Source of the DNA: Octopus vulgaris
Taxonomy: Eukaryota
Direction: 5' to 3'
NCBI GenBank assembly: GCA_951406725.2
Contig: OX597838.1
Span: 17,112,001-17,176,000 of the forward strand
DNA: 64,000 bases
Of this stretch, positions 41,437 through 55,915 are shown in pieces. A program made the translations under genes and the position numbers. Each line of letters opens with the position of its first letter. Within the stretch, counting starts at the first letter, position 1. The notes under the pieces are model-generated. The model had not been told where the DNA came from, searched no databases, and saw only the letters and a program-made list of their open reading frames with translations.

Positions 41437-42183
41437 GTATCTTTTTCAAGATACCGAATGAAGAAACTACAAAAATGAAATAAGAATAAAGAAAAAAAAG
41501 GTGTCCGTGAACGCTTCCAGCGAAACATGGTAGCAATGGGTAAAAGAATGAGTGGTAAGTTGATTCCGTAAATTCCATTTTTTATATTATGTCAATGGGA
41601 GACATTCATTATAAGTGTTTGCAATATTTTGCGATAGAAATACCAACATATGAATTAAGAATTTAAAGAATCGCAGAGCAGAATTGTACAATTACACCAA
41701 TAATAAGAAGGAAACAAACTACCTCTAGAGTTAATTAATGGTTTCAAATTTTGCCACAAGTGCTTTGGTCGACCAGAGGCTATATTAGAAGACACTGGCC
41801 CAAGGTGCCATGCAGTGGGACTGAACCCGGAACGACGTGGCTGGGAAGCTAGTTTCTTACCACGCAGCCACGTCATGTGTTTTATGTATTTTTGTCCGAT
41901 TATATTTCTATTTTTCTCTATGTCAAATAGTTTGAGCAAAATATTCACACATTAAGTAGACGAGTTGGCAGAACTGTTAGCACGTCCGACAAAACACTTA
42001 GCGATATTTCGTCCGACTTTACATTCTGAGTTCAAATTCCGCCTAGGTCGGTATTACCTTTCATCTTTTCCGGGTCGATAAAATAAGCTCCAGTTGAGCC
42101 CAGGCCAATGTAATCGGCCTAGTTCCTCCCCCACGAACTTGGTGGCCTTGTGCCAAAATTTGAAACCAATATATGTACATATT

Positions 42184-42410
42184 GTGGAGGCGCGTGGCTT
42201 AATGGTTGGGGTGTTGGACTCATGACCGTAAGACTGTGGTTTCGATTCCTGGACCGGACGATGCATTGTGTTCTTGAGTAAAACACTTCATTTCACGTTG
42301 CTCCAGTTCACTCGGCTAGCAAAGATAAGTAATCCTGCGACGGATCGGCGTTGAACCCGGGAAACTGGATCGCTATTGAACCCGGGCATGGCTCGAGAAG
42401 GAAACGTTAT
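42184..42410 (+). mobile_element. CORE-type SINE (diverged, tail 2-like)
   Basis: tRNA head, TGTGTTCTTGAGTAAAACACTT, CCTGCGACGGATCGGCG. Confidence 0.65.
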
Positions 42411-42536
42411 TTTATATGCACACATTGGTTGCTTTCATCAGCAGTTTAAAACAGAACAGCATCAGAAAAAATGTTTTATACACCCTTGTCTTGTCATTGC
42501 AACAGAAAGTAATGTTTGAATACATACACACATATA

Positions 42537-42700
42537 GAGTGGCTGTGTGGTAAGTAGCTTGCTAACCAACCACATGGTTCCGGGTTCAGTCCTAATGCGT
42601 GGCATCTTGGGCGAGTGTCTTCTGCTATAGCCCCGGGCCGACCAATGCCTTGTGAGTGGATTTGGTAGACGGAAACTGAAAGAAGCCTGTCGTATATATG

Positions 42701-42750
<50 letters not shown>

Positions 42751-42957
42751 TGTGTCTGTGTTTGTCCCCCTCGCATTGCTTGACAACCGATGCTGGTGTG
42801 TTTACGTCCCCGTCACTTAGCGGTTCGGCAAAAAGAGACCGATAGAATAAGTACTGGGCTTACAAAGAATAAGTCCCGGGGTCGATTTGCTCGACTAAAG
42901 GCGGTGCTCCAGCATGGCCGCAGTCGGATGACTGAAACAAGTAAAAGAGTAAAGAGT
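42537..42957 (+). mobile_element. SINE family B, full length
   Basis: Family B sequence. Confidence 0.88.
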
Positions 42958-43702
42958 ATAGACATACATGCACACGTAAAACACACATATGACGGAAGTT
43001 GATTCAGCAATAACTGTTACAGTAGGTTCCACTGAGTTGGGAAGGAGAAGAAATGACTTTTTAACCCAACTGATTATCTGCAGCTTTTAACACAGCTACC
43101 ATATAAATGCTTGTAGTTAAATGCAATGTAGAATTTTGACTTTTGACATTGCGTGCAGACTTTTTTCAGACCGCCGATAGAAAAATGACATTTACTCAAT
43201 GATCGACAGACATATGTTCTTTCAGTTGTCGAAAATTTATTAACTGGCTTCGGTTAATGTGCTCAAATTTAAACTCAGATCGACAAACTCAGTCACGAGT
43301 TGATCATTTGAAGTATTTTTTCTTTTTTTTTTTTGTGTGCAAGGGATTCCTTTCATTGCGTCACATTTCAATCTTGTGTATTAATTGCAATATTCTTCAA
43401 AACGTTTGAACGTATTCAGCAGATTTTCTGCTCATGATGGCCTAGCGAATATAATATTTTCCCAGTTCCACATAAATATTCCCCTTCTTCAGAGAGTATT
43501 CCAAGCAATCAATTTATCTTAATTTCAGTTTGCAAGAATCTCTTTTATCGGAACACAATTCTTCTTAGGAATTCTGCAAATCGTCCACGTTGTTTGAGAT
43601 ATCATTAACTTACTTCCTTTTACCATTTTCAGCACCACTAGCGTATCTTTACTCTACTATTATAATTCCTTTTACACCGAAAATGATTTAGAGAAATATT
43701 GT

Positions 43703-44300
43703 TATTTCTTTATTGCCCACAAGGGGCTAAACACAGAGAAACAAGGACAGACAAACGGATTAAGTCGATTACATCGACCCCAGTGCGTAACTGGTACTTA
43801 ATTTATCGACCCCGAAAGGATGAAAGGCAAAGTCGACCTCGGCGGAATTTGAACTCAGAACGTAGTGGCAGACGACATACCTATTTCTTTACTACACACA
43901 AGGGGCTAAACATAGACGAGACAAACAAGGACAGACAAAGAGATTAAGTCGATTATATCGGCCCCAGTACGTAACTAGTACTTAATTGATCGACCCCGAA
44001 AGATGAAAGGCAAAGTCGACCTCGGCGGAATTTGAACTTAGAACGTAACGGCAGAGGAAATACCTATTTCTTTATTACCCACAAGGGGCTAAACATAGAG
44101 GGGACAAACAAGGACAGACATAGGTATTAAAAAGATTACATCGACCCCAGTGCGTAACTGGTGCTTAATTTATCGACCCCGAAAGGATGAAAGGCAAAGT
44201 CGACCTCGGCGGAATTTGAACTCAGAACGTAAACGGCAGACGAAATACCGACCGCTAAGCATTTCAGCCGGCGTGCTAACGTTTCTGCCAGCTCGTCGTC
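43703..44300 (-). mobile_element. SINE family C trimer
   Basis: One head, three units. Confidence 0.88.
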
Positions 44301-44321
44301 TCAAAAAAGATTCTATCAATC

Positions 44322-44650
44322 TCCATGGCTCAGTGGTTAGAGCGTCGAGCTTACGATCGTGAGGTTGTGAGCTCGAATCCCGGTCCGGGCTGCGTGTTGT
44401 GTTCTTGAGCAAGGCACTTTATTTCACGTTGCTCCAGTTCACTCAGCTGTAGAAATGAGTTGCGACGTCACGGGTGCCAAGCTGTATCGACCTTTGTCTT
44501 TCCCTTGGATAACACTGGTGGCGTGGAGAGGGGAGGCTGGTATGCATGGGTTTCTGCTGGTCTTCCATAAACAACCTTGCCCGGACTTGTGTCTTGGAGG
44601 GTAACTTTCTAGGTGCAATCCCATGGTCATTCATGACCGAAGGGGGTCTA
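44322..44650 (+). mobile_element. CORE-type SINE with tRNA-Arg(ACG)-like head, tail 4
   Basis: TGGCTCAGTGG..CTTACGAT..CTCGAATCC; MIR-core-like GTGTTCTTGAGCAAGGCACTT..CTCAGCTGTAGAAATGAG. Confidence 0.88.
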
Positions 44651-44939
44651 AAAACAGTAACATTATTTTATTGAGCTCGGAATTATGAACAGTAAAATTG
44701 ACTTCGACATCATTTAAACTCAGAACATAAACGGTCGTAGATAAATGCTCAGATTGTCTAACGCTTCTTCCAATTCATCGCCTGTATATTATATATCTGG
44801 AAACATGGGATAGTAATTAAGAAGAAATTATTGAAATTACCAGCTATAATATTTATCTGTTCAATGAGCCGATCCCGAGGAACCATACTTGAACACATAC
44901 AGACACACACTGAAACGTACACATACACACACGCATGTC

Positions 44940-45186
<247 letters not shown>

Positions 45187-46107
45187 ATATATACAGGGCG
45201 AGAGAGAGAGAGGGGGAGAGAAAGAGGAAGAGAGACATATAACGTGTGTGTGTGTGTGATTGTGTGCATGAGTATGTGTTTGTGTATGTATACTTGCCCA
45301 AACACGGTAGCTAAAATCTATTCCTTGTTTCCCATCAAAACAAACATTATAACCCAAATTATCAACACCACAAGTTGCTCTCCATCTGATGACTGTAGCT
45401 CCACCTGTTTGTAACAGAGAACTATAGCGACACCTGTTATTCATAACACAACCAATCAGTATTCAAAACAAACTCCGGACTCTACTACAAAAGTAAAAAA
45501 AAAACAATAACAAAAAACAACAAAAAAAAAACACCCACAAAAGCTCGCAAAAAAACCCCCAAAAAACCAGCGACTAATTTCCTTTCTCTTCCGTCTGATT
45601 CGCTTGGTTTGGCTGCGTCCTGTGATCTATGATTAGATTAGCTTTCAACGTAAACTATACGGAGAAACATCTGCCACTCCATTGTCTTAGCAGATATTAG
45701 ATGCACCGACGATCATGTCGAAGATCTACAGTGACTTAATGAATCTAACCCGGAGTCTTCCAGCCGAAGCAAAGCAGTTTAAAAACGGTGTGGAAGTGCA
45801 ATAGTAACCAGACGCAAAACAGCACCAACTAACAAAGAACTTGTATTATTTTCTTCCGTCTGTATCGATTGATCGAACGTATCGATACTGTAGCTGTTGA
45901 TTTGTAACTATTTATTCATGGTTACATTCCCATCTTTTGGAGAAATATCATTAATACCACTGATGGCTTTTGAAAACGCTAAGTTGAAAATGGTGATGGT
46001 GGTGGTGGTAGTGGTGGTGGTGGTAATGGTGAGGGTGGTGGTAGTGTTGCTAAAATGGTATTACTGTAGAAGTAGCTACGGTTGCACAGAAATCAACCAC
46101 CCGAATA

Positions 46108-46201
<94 letters not shown>

Positions 46202-46248
46202 CTTTATCACCACTCATACAAAATACATATACATACATATACATACAA

Positions 46249-46282
<34 letters not shown>

Positions 46283-46330
46283 ATATATATATGTATATAT
46301 GTGAGTGTGTATATATATATATCTATGTGA

Positions 46331-46366
<36 letters not shown>

Positions 46367-46539
46367 CACACACACAAATATGTATGTAAGTGTGTATGTA
46401 TACACACATACTTACATATATGTGTGTGTGTGTGTAATATATATACAGTATATAATATATATGTTGCATATATAAATACATACATATATATATACATATA
46501 TATATATATACATATATATACATATATATACATATATAT

Positions 46540-46637
<98 letters not shown>

Positions 46638-47027
46638 ACATGCATACATGTACGTATACATGTATGTATTACGAAGATCATGCATCTTTCCTTTTCCTCA
46701 TGTATCAGAGACTTGTTTTCCCATCGATTCTTTCATTTTATAGACTTATGGCGGGGCCCCCCAATAATGCATAATTTTTTTATGGATAATTATTGACAAC
46801 TTTTTTGCAAAAATATTTCATTAAGACTAATTATGGTGTATTTGTGGAACGCACACATGCATACTTCATTATCATGTACACACACATACGCATGCAGGCA
46901 CTAACCCACGCCTACACACACACACATATATAAACAGAAAAAGAGAGAGCGTGTGAGTGACAGAGAATTAGAAGGAAGCAAAGAAGATAAACGCATATAT
47001 ATAAGTTTGTGTATGTGTGTGTGTGTT

Positions 47028-47103
<76 letters not shown>

Positions 47104-47133
47104 TGTATGTATGTATGTATGTATGTATGTATG

Positions 47134-47191
<58 letters not shown>

Positions 47192-47211
47192 CATGCATAC
47201 ATACATATATA

Positions 47212-47543
47212 GTGAAGGCGCATGGCTCAGTAGTTAGAACGGCGAGCTTACGACCGTGAGGTTGTGAGTTCGAATCCCGGACCGGGCTGCGCGTTGTGCT
47301 CTTGAGCAAGACACTTAAGTTTACGTTGCTCCAGTTCACTCATCTGTAGAAATGAGTAACGAAGTCACAGGTGCCAAGCTGTATCGGCCCCTTTGCCTTT
47401 CCCTTGGATAACACTGGTGACGTGGAGAGGGGAGGCCGGTATGCATGGGCAACTGATGGTCTTCCATAAACAACCTTCCCCGGACTTGTGCCTGGGAGGG
47501 TAACTTTCTAGGTGCAATCCCACGGTCAGTAATGACCGAAGGT
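47212..47543 (+). mobile_element. CORE-type SINE, tail 4
   Basis: Homologous to 44322-44650. Confidence 0.88.
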
Positions 47544-47546
47544 CGC

Positions 47547-47753
47547 AGCCACTACATACATTTTTTCTCTCCTTGTTTCTCTTCTTTTTTTCTCTCCTTA
47601 TTTCTCTCCTTGTTTTTTCTGTGTCCCTTTCTGTAGAAGAGCGTAGGCTCGAAACGTAAAAGACTTTGTCTATTCCTGAGCGTTATACTAATACGTCTCT
47701 TTGTTTTGTACACCACCTGTCTTCGTCTTTTGTTTTTTTCGTAAACTTTCCCT
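47547..47753 (+). mobile_element. Short hammerhead-bearing element (copy 3)
   Basis: Homologous to 4950-5118; 3' end abuts TATATA. Confidence 0.8.
47627..47662 (+). ncRNA. Ultra-minimal hammerhead-like motif, A6U variant
   Basis: CTTT-CTGTAGA-A-GAGC-GTAG-GCTC-GAAA-CGTA-AAAG. Confidence 0.65.
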
Positions 47754-48456
47754 ATATATTATATGTACACGTGTTATTAATTAACTGTATCTTAAACTTG
47801 TTTCAGTCACTGGATTGCGGCCGTGCTGGGGCACCGCCTTGTAGGGTTTAGTCGTACAAATATATATCAGTACTTATTTTTAAGTACATATATCTCTTAT
47901 GTCGAATCTCTAATTCACGGACATGTAAACAAAAAAAAAACCCAAAACAAAAAAAAAACCCCACCTATCTATCAAGTCCTCACAAGCAACAGGTTGGCCC
48001 AGGGCTATAGTAGATGACATTTGCGTCAGGTGCCGTGCAGTGGCTCTGAACCCGAAATTACGTGGTTGCAACGCGAGTATCTTAATCTCACAGCCACGGC
48101 TGTATCCAGAAATGTTCAAATGACTAAAATAAGGAAATCACCCCTGTAATGGTAGAGCTCCCGAGAAGTTTATCAATTATGAAGCAAATAAGCAAATTCT
48201 ATCGAAAGAAGACAAAATATTCAGGTTCACCATCCAAACTATTACTGCAAGTGGCACGTAAAAAACATCTTTCAAGCGTGGTCGTTGCCAGAACCTGACT
48301 GGCCCCCGTGCCGTGATACTTAAATAAAATTACTGTGTGAAGTTGATGCGACAACATTAATCCTTTAATAAATAAACTGGCCATGTCCGGCCCAAATATT
48401 CTATCTGTTTTGTGTTCAAATCCGCTAGATCTAACCTCTCACACCTACTCTACAAT

Positions 48457-48878
48457 ATCTGTTTCTTTACAACCCAGAAGGGGCTAAATACAGGGAGGAC
48501 AAACAAGGACAGACAATCGGATTAAGTCGATTATATCGACCCCAGTGCGTAACTGGTACTCATTTAATTGTCCCCGAAAGGATGAAAGGCAAAGTCAACC
48601 TCGGAGGAATTTGAACTCAGAACGTATCGGTAGACGAAATACCTATTTCTTTTTCTTTATTACCCACAAGGGGCTAAACACAGAGGGAACAAACAAGGAC
48701 AGACAATCGGATTAAGTCGATTATATCGACCCCAGTGCGTAACTGGCACTTATTTAATCGACCCCGAAAGGATGAAAGGCAAAGTCGACCTTGGCGGAAT
48801 TTGAACTCAGAGCGTAACGACAGACGAAATACGGCTACGCATTTCGCCCGGCGTGCTAACGTTTCTGCAAGCTCGCCG
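48457..48878 (-). mobile_element. SINE family C dimer
   Basis: One head, two units. Confidence 0.85.
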
Positions 48879-49231
48879 TGTAATATCCATTCTAAAAGTA
48901 TACAATCACATCATTGAAATCGTGAAGCTATGAGAAAATGCACGATTAATTCATAACAATGGGAATAAATAAGCATTACCTTTGACGGTATAATCTCAGT
49001 GTTAAAGGGTTCAAACAATTTGTCCTTTTCTTTTTGTTTAGTTTATTATTTGATCCCTTTGCTACAAAACTCAATCGAAGCTGCCACTGGGTGTTTCATA
49101 GAAAACTGTTTGCGTTAGCATATATATTAAAACTCTTTGCCAGCATTTTGGTAAGAAGCACACAGGTTATGTGTTTCATTAGAATATTGCCAAGAAAAGC
49201 TCAGAGGAAACAAACATTGAAATGATAATTC

Positions 49232-49264
<33 letters not shown>

Positions 49265-49270
<6 letters not shown>

Positions 49271-49472
49271 TTTACTCTTTTACTTGTTTCAGTCATTTGA
49301 CTGCGGCCATGCTGGAGCAGCGCCTTTAGTCGAGCAAATCGACCCCAGGACTCTTTGTAAGCCTAGTACTTACTCTATCGGTCACTTTTGCCGAACCACT
49401 AAGTGACGGGGACATAAAGACACCAGCATCGGTTGCCAAGCGATGTTAGGGTGGGGTGGGGGACAAACACAG

Positions 49473-49524
<52 letters not shown>

Positions 49525-49692
49525 ATACGACGGGCTTCTTTCAGTTTCCGCCCACCAAATGCTCTGACAAGGCTTTGGTCGGCCCGAGGCTACAGTAGAA
49601 GACACGTGCCCAAGGTGCCACGCAGTGGGACTGAACCCGGAACCATGTGGTTGGTAAGCAAGCTACTTACCACACAGCCACTCCTGCGCCTA
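49265..49692 (-). mobile_element. SINE family B, full length
   Basis: Family B sequence. Confidence 0.88.
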
Positions 49693-50361
49693 TATAGGTA
49701 AAAGGCCTGAAATGTTGGGGCAAGAGGTTATTGATTACATCGATCCCAGTGTTCAATTGGTATTTATTCCATCGATATTCGAAAGGATTAAAGACGAATT
49801 CGGCCTCGGCGTAATTCGATCTCAGAACGTAAAGTCGGGCGAAATGCCACTAAGCATTATGTCCGGCATGCTAATGATTCTGCTAGCTTACTGTCTTTAA
49901 TGGTTTCTGATTTAGGCACAAAGTCATCAATATTTAGAAAAGGGAGCTTAGATCAATATTTAGAAAAGGGAGCTTAGTCGATACCATCGAACTCTAAGCA
50001 TTTAGACTGGAACTTATTATTACCGCAAGGTATCTTCCGGAACCCATACGATTTTATCAAAGAACAATACTTTGAAGGAAAATCTTGAGTGCTGTATAAG
50101 ACTGCGACCTAAATTTATAAAATTGGAAATCGGAACTCACTAATTTGATTATTTCTGATTAATACAAAAAAAAAAAAAAAAAAAAAATTAAAAACTATGA
50201 CCTTGCTTTCAGAATCTGAGGTTGGTTACCAAATATGTATTTCTATACGCATATTTCAATTTTGGTCACGTGATTGTGACGCATGACTAACAAGACTATT
50301 GTCAATAAGAAACAAGCTTATAAAAAAAAAATCAAAAAAAAAAAAATCCACTATTTTTACT

Positions 50362-51282
50362 AAAACCCCGAATAAATCCTATGTAATGTTCCGAACGTGC
50401 ACTTATCACATCAACAGCAGTAATCATGGCCGTATGTAATATTGCTTAAGATTTCACCCAGCCACATACACTGGTTCCACTGCTGCTGTAGAAGCACTAC
50501 TAGTTTATCTACGGCTATAAATTATTCAAGTCACTGAAAGATAATCCTTAAATCCTTAAAAATGTTTTAGCCCGAAGGCCGCGGCCATGCTGGGGCAACA
50601 CCGCTGAATGAGCTACACTAGTTTGTGAATCCACCTCTGATACGTGGCACTTGATCAACAAGGGAGTTCGATGCTGCTGCCCGCATCCGTGTCTCCTGTC
50701 GTGAGGAGGTAGGTTCATCTGGGACTCCCAACAAGAAGAGATCCAGTTTAGTTTTAAACCCCGAATAAATCCTATATAATGTTAAGATTTCACCCAGCCA
50801 CACAGACTAGTTAGTTCCACTGCTGCTGTAGAAGCACTACTAGTTTATCTACAGCTATAAATTATTCAAGTCACTGAAAGATAATCCTTAAATCCTTAAA
50901 AATGTTTTAGCCCGAAGGCCGCGGCCATGCTGGGGCACCACCGCTGAATGAGCTACACTAGTTTGTGAATCCACCTCTGTTACGTGGCACTTGATCAACA
51001 AGGGAGCTCGATGCTGCTGCCCGCATCCGTGTCTCCTGTCGTGAGGAGGTAGGTTCATCTGGGACTCCCAACAAGAAGAGATCCAGTTTAGTTTTAAACC
51101 CCGAATAAATCCTATGTAATGTTCCGAACGCGCACTTACCACATCAACAGCAGTAATCACGGCGGTATGTAATATTGCTTAAGATTTCACCCAGCCGCAC
51201 AGACTAGTTAGTTCCACTGCTGCTGTAGAAGCACTACTAGTTTATCTACAGCTATAAATTATTCAAGTCACTGAAAGATAAT
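50362..51282 (-). repeat. A-L-A-L-A array: two copies of a ~210-bp CR1-like LINE 3' end between three copies of a ~185-bp flank
   Basis: L (50546-50756, 50886-51095) encodes FKTKLDLFLLGVPDEP..AASNSL; A begins AAACCCCGAATAAATCC. Confidence 0.85.
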
Positions 51283-51454
51283 GTGCAGAAAACACACCAA
51301 TGTACTTATATTCGGAACGAAATGAAGTATAAATACAACTGTGTGTATAGCTATTTATATATACAACATGACAACACTTCATTGGATATATCTTCGCAAG
51401 AACATATTTCTCCCTTTCCTCCTTCCTTCTCTCACACGTTCTCTTTCTTTATTG

Positions 51455-51457
<3 letters not shown>

Positions 51458-51497
<40 letters not shown>

Positions 51498-51712
51498 TAC
51501 ATACATACATACATACATACAAACACACACACATACATACATACAAACATACATACATACATACATACATACAAACACATATATACATACAGACATACAA
51601 ACATACATACATACATACATACATACATACATACATGCATACATACATACATACATACATATTACAAACATACATGCATACATACAAACACATATATACA
51701 TACAAACATATA

Positions 51713-51800
<88 letters not shown>
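51458..51800. repeat. (CA)n/(CATA)n/(TA)n/(TG)n compound microsatellite
   Basis: Directly visible. Confidence 0.95.
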
Positions 51801-51803
<3 letters not shown>

Positions 51804-51965
51804 ATATGTATTTATGTATATGTAATTTATTCCTACGCTCATCGGGCTGTAGCCATGCTGGGGCACCGCCCTAAAATCGATACCAATACTTATTTTTAAG
51901 ACTAATATTTGTTCAATCAGTGCTTATTCTATCTGTCATATTTTGATATAAACATATTTTGATAT

Positions 51966-52004
<39 letters not shown>

Positions 52005-52027
52005 TATGTTTATACACATACATACAT

Positions 52028-52442
52028 ATAGGCGCAGGAGTGGCTGTGTGGTAAGTAGCTTGTTTACCAACCACATGGTTCCGGGTTCAGTCCCACTGCG
52101 TGGCACCTTGGGCAAGTGTCTTCTACTATAGCCTCGGGCCGACCAAAGCCTTGTGAGTGGATTTGGTAGACAGAAACTGAAAGAAGCCCGTCGTATATAT
52201 GTATATATATATATATGTGTGTGCGTGTGTGTTTGTGTGTCTGTGTTTGTCCCCCTAGCATTGCTTGACAACCGATGCTGGCGTGTTTATGTCCCCGTCA
52301 CTTAGCGTTTCGGCAAAAGAGACCGATAAAATAAGTACTAGGCTTATAAAGAATAAGTCCCGGGGTCGAGTTGCTCGATTAAAAGCGGTGCTCCAGAATG
52401 GCCGCAGTCAAAATGACTGAAACGAGTAAAAAGAGAAAAAGA
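52028..52442 (+). mobile_element. SINE family B, full length
   Basis: Family B sequence. Confidence 0.88.
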
Positions 52443-53755
52443 GATATACATGCATACATATATTCATATAAATATATATTTAGGCAAATAAATATAAGTC
52501 AATTAGTGTGTTTATACACACACACCACAGACACAGACACACACATATACTCGCACACACTCACATATACACACAAACAGTATGGACTCTGTTAAAATCA
52601 CGTTTTGGCGTGTTTTGAAACAAGTAATGAATCTATTGTGCTTCTCCAAAACGGAAACGGTCCCATGGATCAGTTGCATAATGTTTCCCTCTAACCAAAT
52701 TTCACAAGGTTTTAGAATAAAAATGAATATGTATGTATATAATCGTGTGTGTGTGTGTGTACACATCTATACTTACATACATACATACATACATTTTTTT
52801 TATGATCCAAAACTAAGTCAAAAGTACTGAATGGATCTTTACGAAATTTGGAAATTATATTCTATGCATAAAGGCCACAACCCCCATGACAATTCATATA
52901 TTTTTGCTGTTGATGAAATTTTAACCATAGATGTTAGATACAAATGAAGTAATATTTATAAAATTTCATCTTCTTACAAGTCATGGGGACTTAACACCCA
53001 CAATTTTGTCATTTTATCTAAGCAAAGACAAATAGTTGTACTTTTGAAAGCTGTGGGGTCATTCGAGCATAGAAGATGAGCATTATTTGTAATTCAATGG
53101 TACAACAGTGTAAGAGTTTGCTTTGACATACACTTAGATTGTGATTTCTGCAATGTGCTGCATAAATTGTCAAGTAAATGAGAGGCATCTTTTCCTCCAC
53201 TGATTCAGTTGCAAAGTGTTGAGTAAAGTTGTTTGATTGCAGACCTCCTTTCAGTCTTTTTATTATCACTGGGTCATACATAGTCCCCACATGGTAACAT
53301 TGATTTCAAGGCCTTCCCAGATGAGTGACTGGTTATTCAAAGACATTTATAGATTGTATATTTATTCTGTCCAGTTACGTATCAGTATAGTGGTCATTTG
53401 CAAACATTTCTGCCAGCTCGCCGCCTTGTATATATAAATATACATATAAGTCAGACTAATACATTCCATGTGCACATCCTCTCGTTGTTTTTTATTATTT
53501 TTAATGTTCGTTTATTCGATTTGACTACACACACACACACATACACACATATATATATATATACGTGCACATGTATGTATGCATGTATGTATATAGGCGT
53601 ATATAAGTTGCTTTGTGTATATATGTATGTTACATTCATATGTATTTGCGTATGTGTGCATATATCTGTTACATCCATGTATACATATGCTTATTAAAAC
53701 ATATATATTCACGAATGACTGTCTATATGTTTACATATTTTGTCTGTGTATGTTT

Positions 53756-53839
<84 letters not shown>

Positions 53840-54051
53840 TCAAAAATTGTGAAGCATGACTGTCACCACTACTACATGAACATGAACCTGAAGATTGCAG
53901 AATTTAATGCATGAAAGTACTAGTTCAATCAGAATGAACATTTAACATTCTATTGTTTTATTTTATTTTATTATATTATATTGTATTATATTATATCATT
54001 ATACGATTGTAAATAAAACGTGAAAATCAGACAAGGCTGGAATTCCTTTTA

Positions 54052-54135
<84 letters not shown>

Positions 54136-54287
54136 GTATTTGTCTCTCTCTATATAGGTATATGCTTAAATGTATATGTTTGTGTATATAGATATGTATT
54201 GTGTATTTGTCTCTCTCTATATATAGGTATATGCTTATATGTATATGATTGTGTATATAGATATGTGTGTATGGCTATGTATATATT

Positions 54288-54321
<34 letters not shown>

Positions 54322-54519
54322 AATGTTGTCGAGGTGCAAAAGGCTAATAGCTTAGAAGATAGACAGGGGAATATAGAGATAACATCTAGAGAAGGTGAAG
54401 CGAATACTGTTAATCGCAGTAGTAGAACTATTAAACGTGATTGTATTAGGAACAGGGTCTATCCAATTGTAGGCATAAAAGTATCGTACAAAGATGTAAG
54501 TTTTCCTCAGAGAATAGAA

Positions 54520-55030
54520 AGTATTTCTATATAGGAACTAGCTCATGTTATATTAAGCAGAGAATTGCTAATAATTTAAGTTCGTTTAGAAATAGGAACA
54601 AAATTAATAATACCAGCCTTAGTAAGCTAATTTGAGCACTAAAAGACAGTAACAAAGTATTTTCAATTGCTTGGAAAATAATTAGTAAGGCAAAACCTTA
54701 TAGAATAGGCGATAATAGATATGACCTTTGTATGGAAGAAATGTACTAAAATCTCATTTCTAAATTTACTCTTATAAACCCTAGATGGGAACAGGCTATG
54801 CGATGTCAACACTGACACAATATACGCTTAACCCATTTAAAGAAACATAATTCACCATCTATAGTAATTATACTAGTTAAAATAATGATTAAAAGAAATC
54901 TATATGGTCGTATGCCTCCGAAGAGAGCGGTTTATTCCAAATTGATGTAATGTTTGCATTGATCAATTAAATGGAGCCGTTTGAAGCGGCCGTAATGTAC
55001 TGATACCTGGACATCCTTGTACCTTATTTA
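54520..55030 (+). pseudogene. Degenerate Penelope-like GIY-YIG 3' end with a decayed hammerhead
   Basis: FYIGTSSCYIKQRIANNLSSFR..TSLSKLI*ALK..IAWKIISKAKPY..DLCMEE; CCGAAGA-GAGCGG..CCGTTT-GAAG-CGGCCG-TA at 54918-54994. Confidence 0.75.
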
Positions 55031-55639
55031 CTTTTTATTCATCTAACTTCGAGCTGTACGGAATATATTGGACTGACTTCGAGCCTCATATGAAGCACCT
55101 AATTCAACTGCTGTAGTTTATTAACTGCAGAGTAGTTTCCGATCTCAGCGCGCCAAAGTGAAGACATTTGAAAGATACACTTAAATATAAATTGTAGAAC
55201 TTTGTACGTGCTGGATTTCGGTTGAGCGTTCTATATCTAGCTCTGGAAAGTGTGTTTTGTAAACGACAGACTATGCTGATGATCTTGCAGATGTTTGCGC
55301 GTCCATATGCGTAAATATTAACAAGTGAAACCAATGGTACATAGGTAATCGTTTTTTATTTCGTATATTTTCATTTGTCTTGCTTATTTTTTACATTTTG
55401 TTTTTTTTTTTTGGTGAGATTTGTCTTGAGAACACACTCTTCTTGGTAATGGCGATTTGGCGTCTATGTTTAGCATATAGGCTGTCCACTTTTATTGGTC
55501 AGTCCTCTAAATTTTGTATGTAACACAATTTTTAATCTTCGGATTTAAAAAAAAATATGCTAAGCCACTGGTTTTAATTGATTAATTTAATTTCTACCCT
55601 TATTTAATTTAAATATATATATATATATATATATATGTA

Positions 55640-55915
55640 GTGAAGGCGCATGGCTCAGTGGGCAGAGCGTCGAGCTTGCGATCGTTGCGATCGTGGGGCT
55701 GCGTGTTGTGTTCTTGAGCAAGACACTTTATTTCACGTTGCTCCTGTTCACTCATCTGTAGAAATGAGTTGCGACGTCACTGGTGCCAAGCTGTATCGGC
55801 CCCTTTGCCTTTCCCTTGGATAACATCAGTGGCGTGGAGAGCGGAGGCCGGTATGGATGGGCAACTGCTGGTATTCTATAAACAACCTTGCCCGGACTTG
55901 TGCCTGGAAGGGTAA
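55640..55915 (+). mobile_element. CORE-type SINE, tail 4 (3'-truncated)
   Basis: Homologous to 47212-47543. Confidence 0.8.

Noticed and set aside
41213-41578. Recurring ORFs such as GGELAETLA..SEFKFRRGRLCLSSFRGR and [12 protein letters not shown]..
   Set aside because: Chance frames across SINE families C and B
43150-43690. Faint piggyBac-like peptide fragments (MSR..RFEE, MSVD) on the minus strand
   Set aside because: Many stops and frameshifts, no TTAA/TIR found
44322-44392. tRNA-Arg gene
   Set aside because: A/B boxes are present but there is no acceptor stem and it continues into a SINE body; the same holds for other tRNA-like heads
45290-45444. Minus-strand ORF MNNRCRY..YRVW with a possible GC donor
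   Set aside because: Non-canonical donor, phase 0 (incompatible with the other exons), no recognisable protein
53018-53400. Faint Helitron Rep-like peptide
   Set aside because: Too degenerate to support by eye; needs an HMM search
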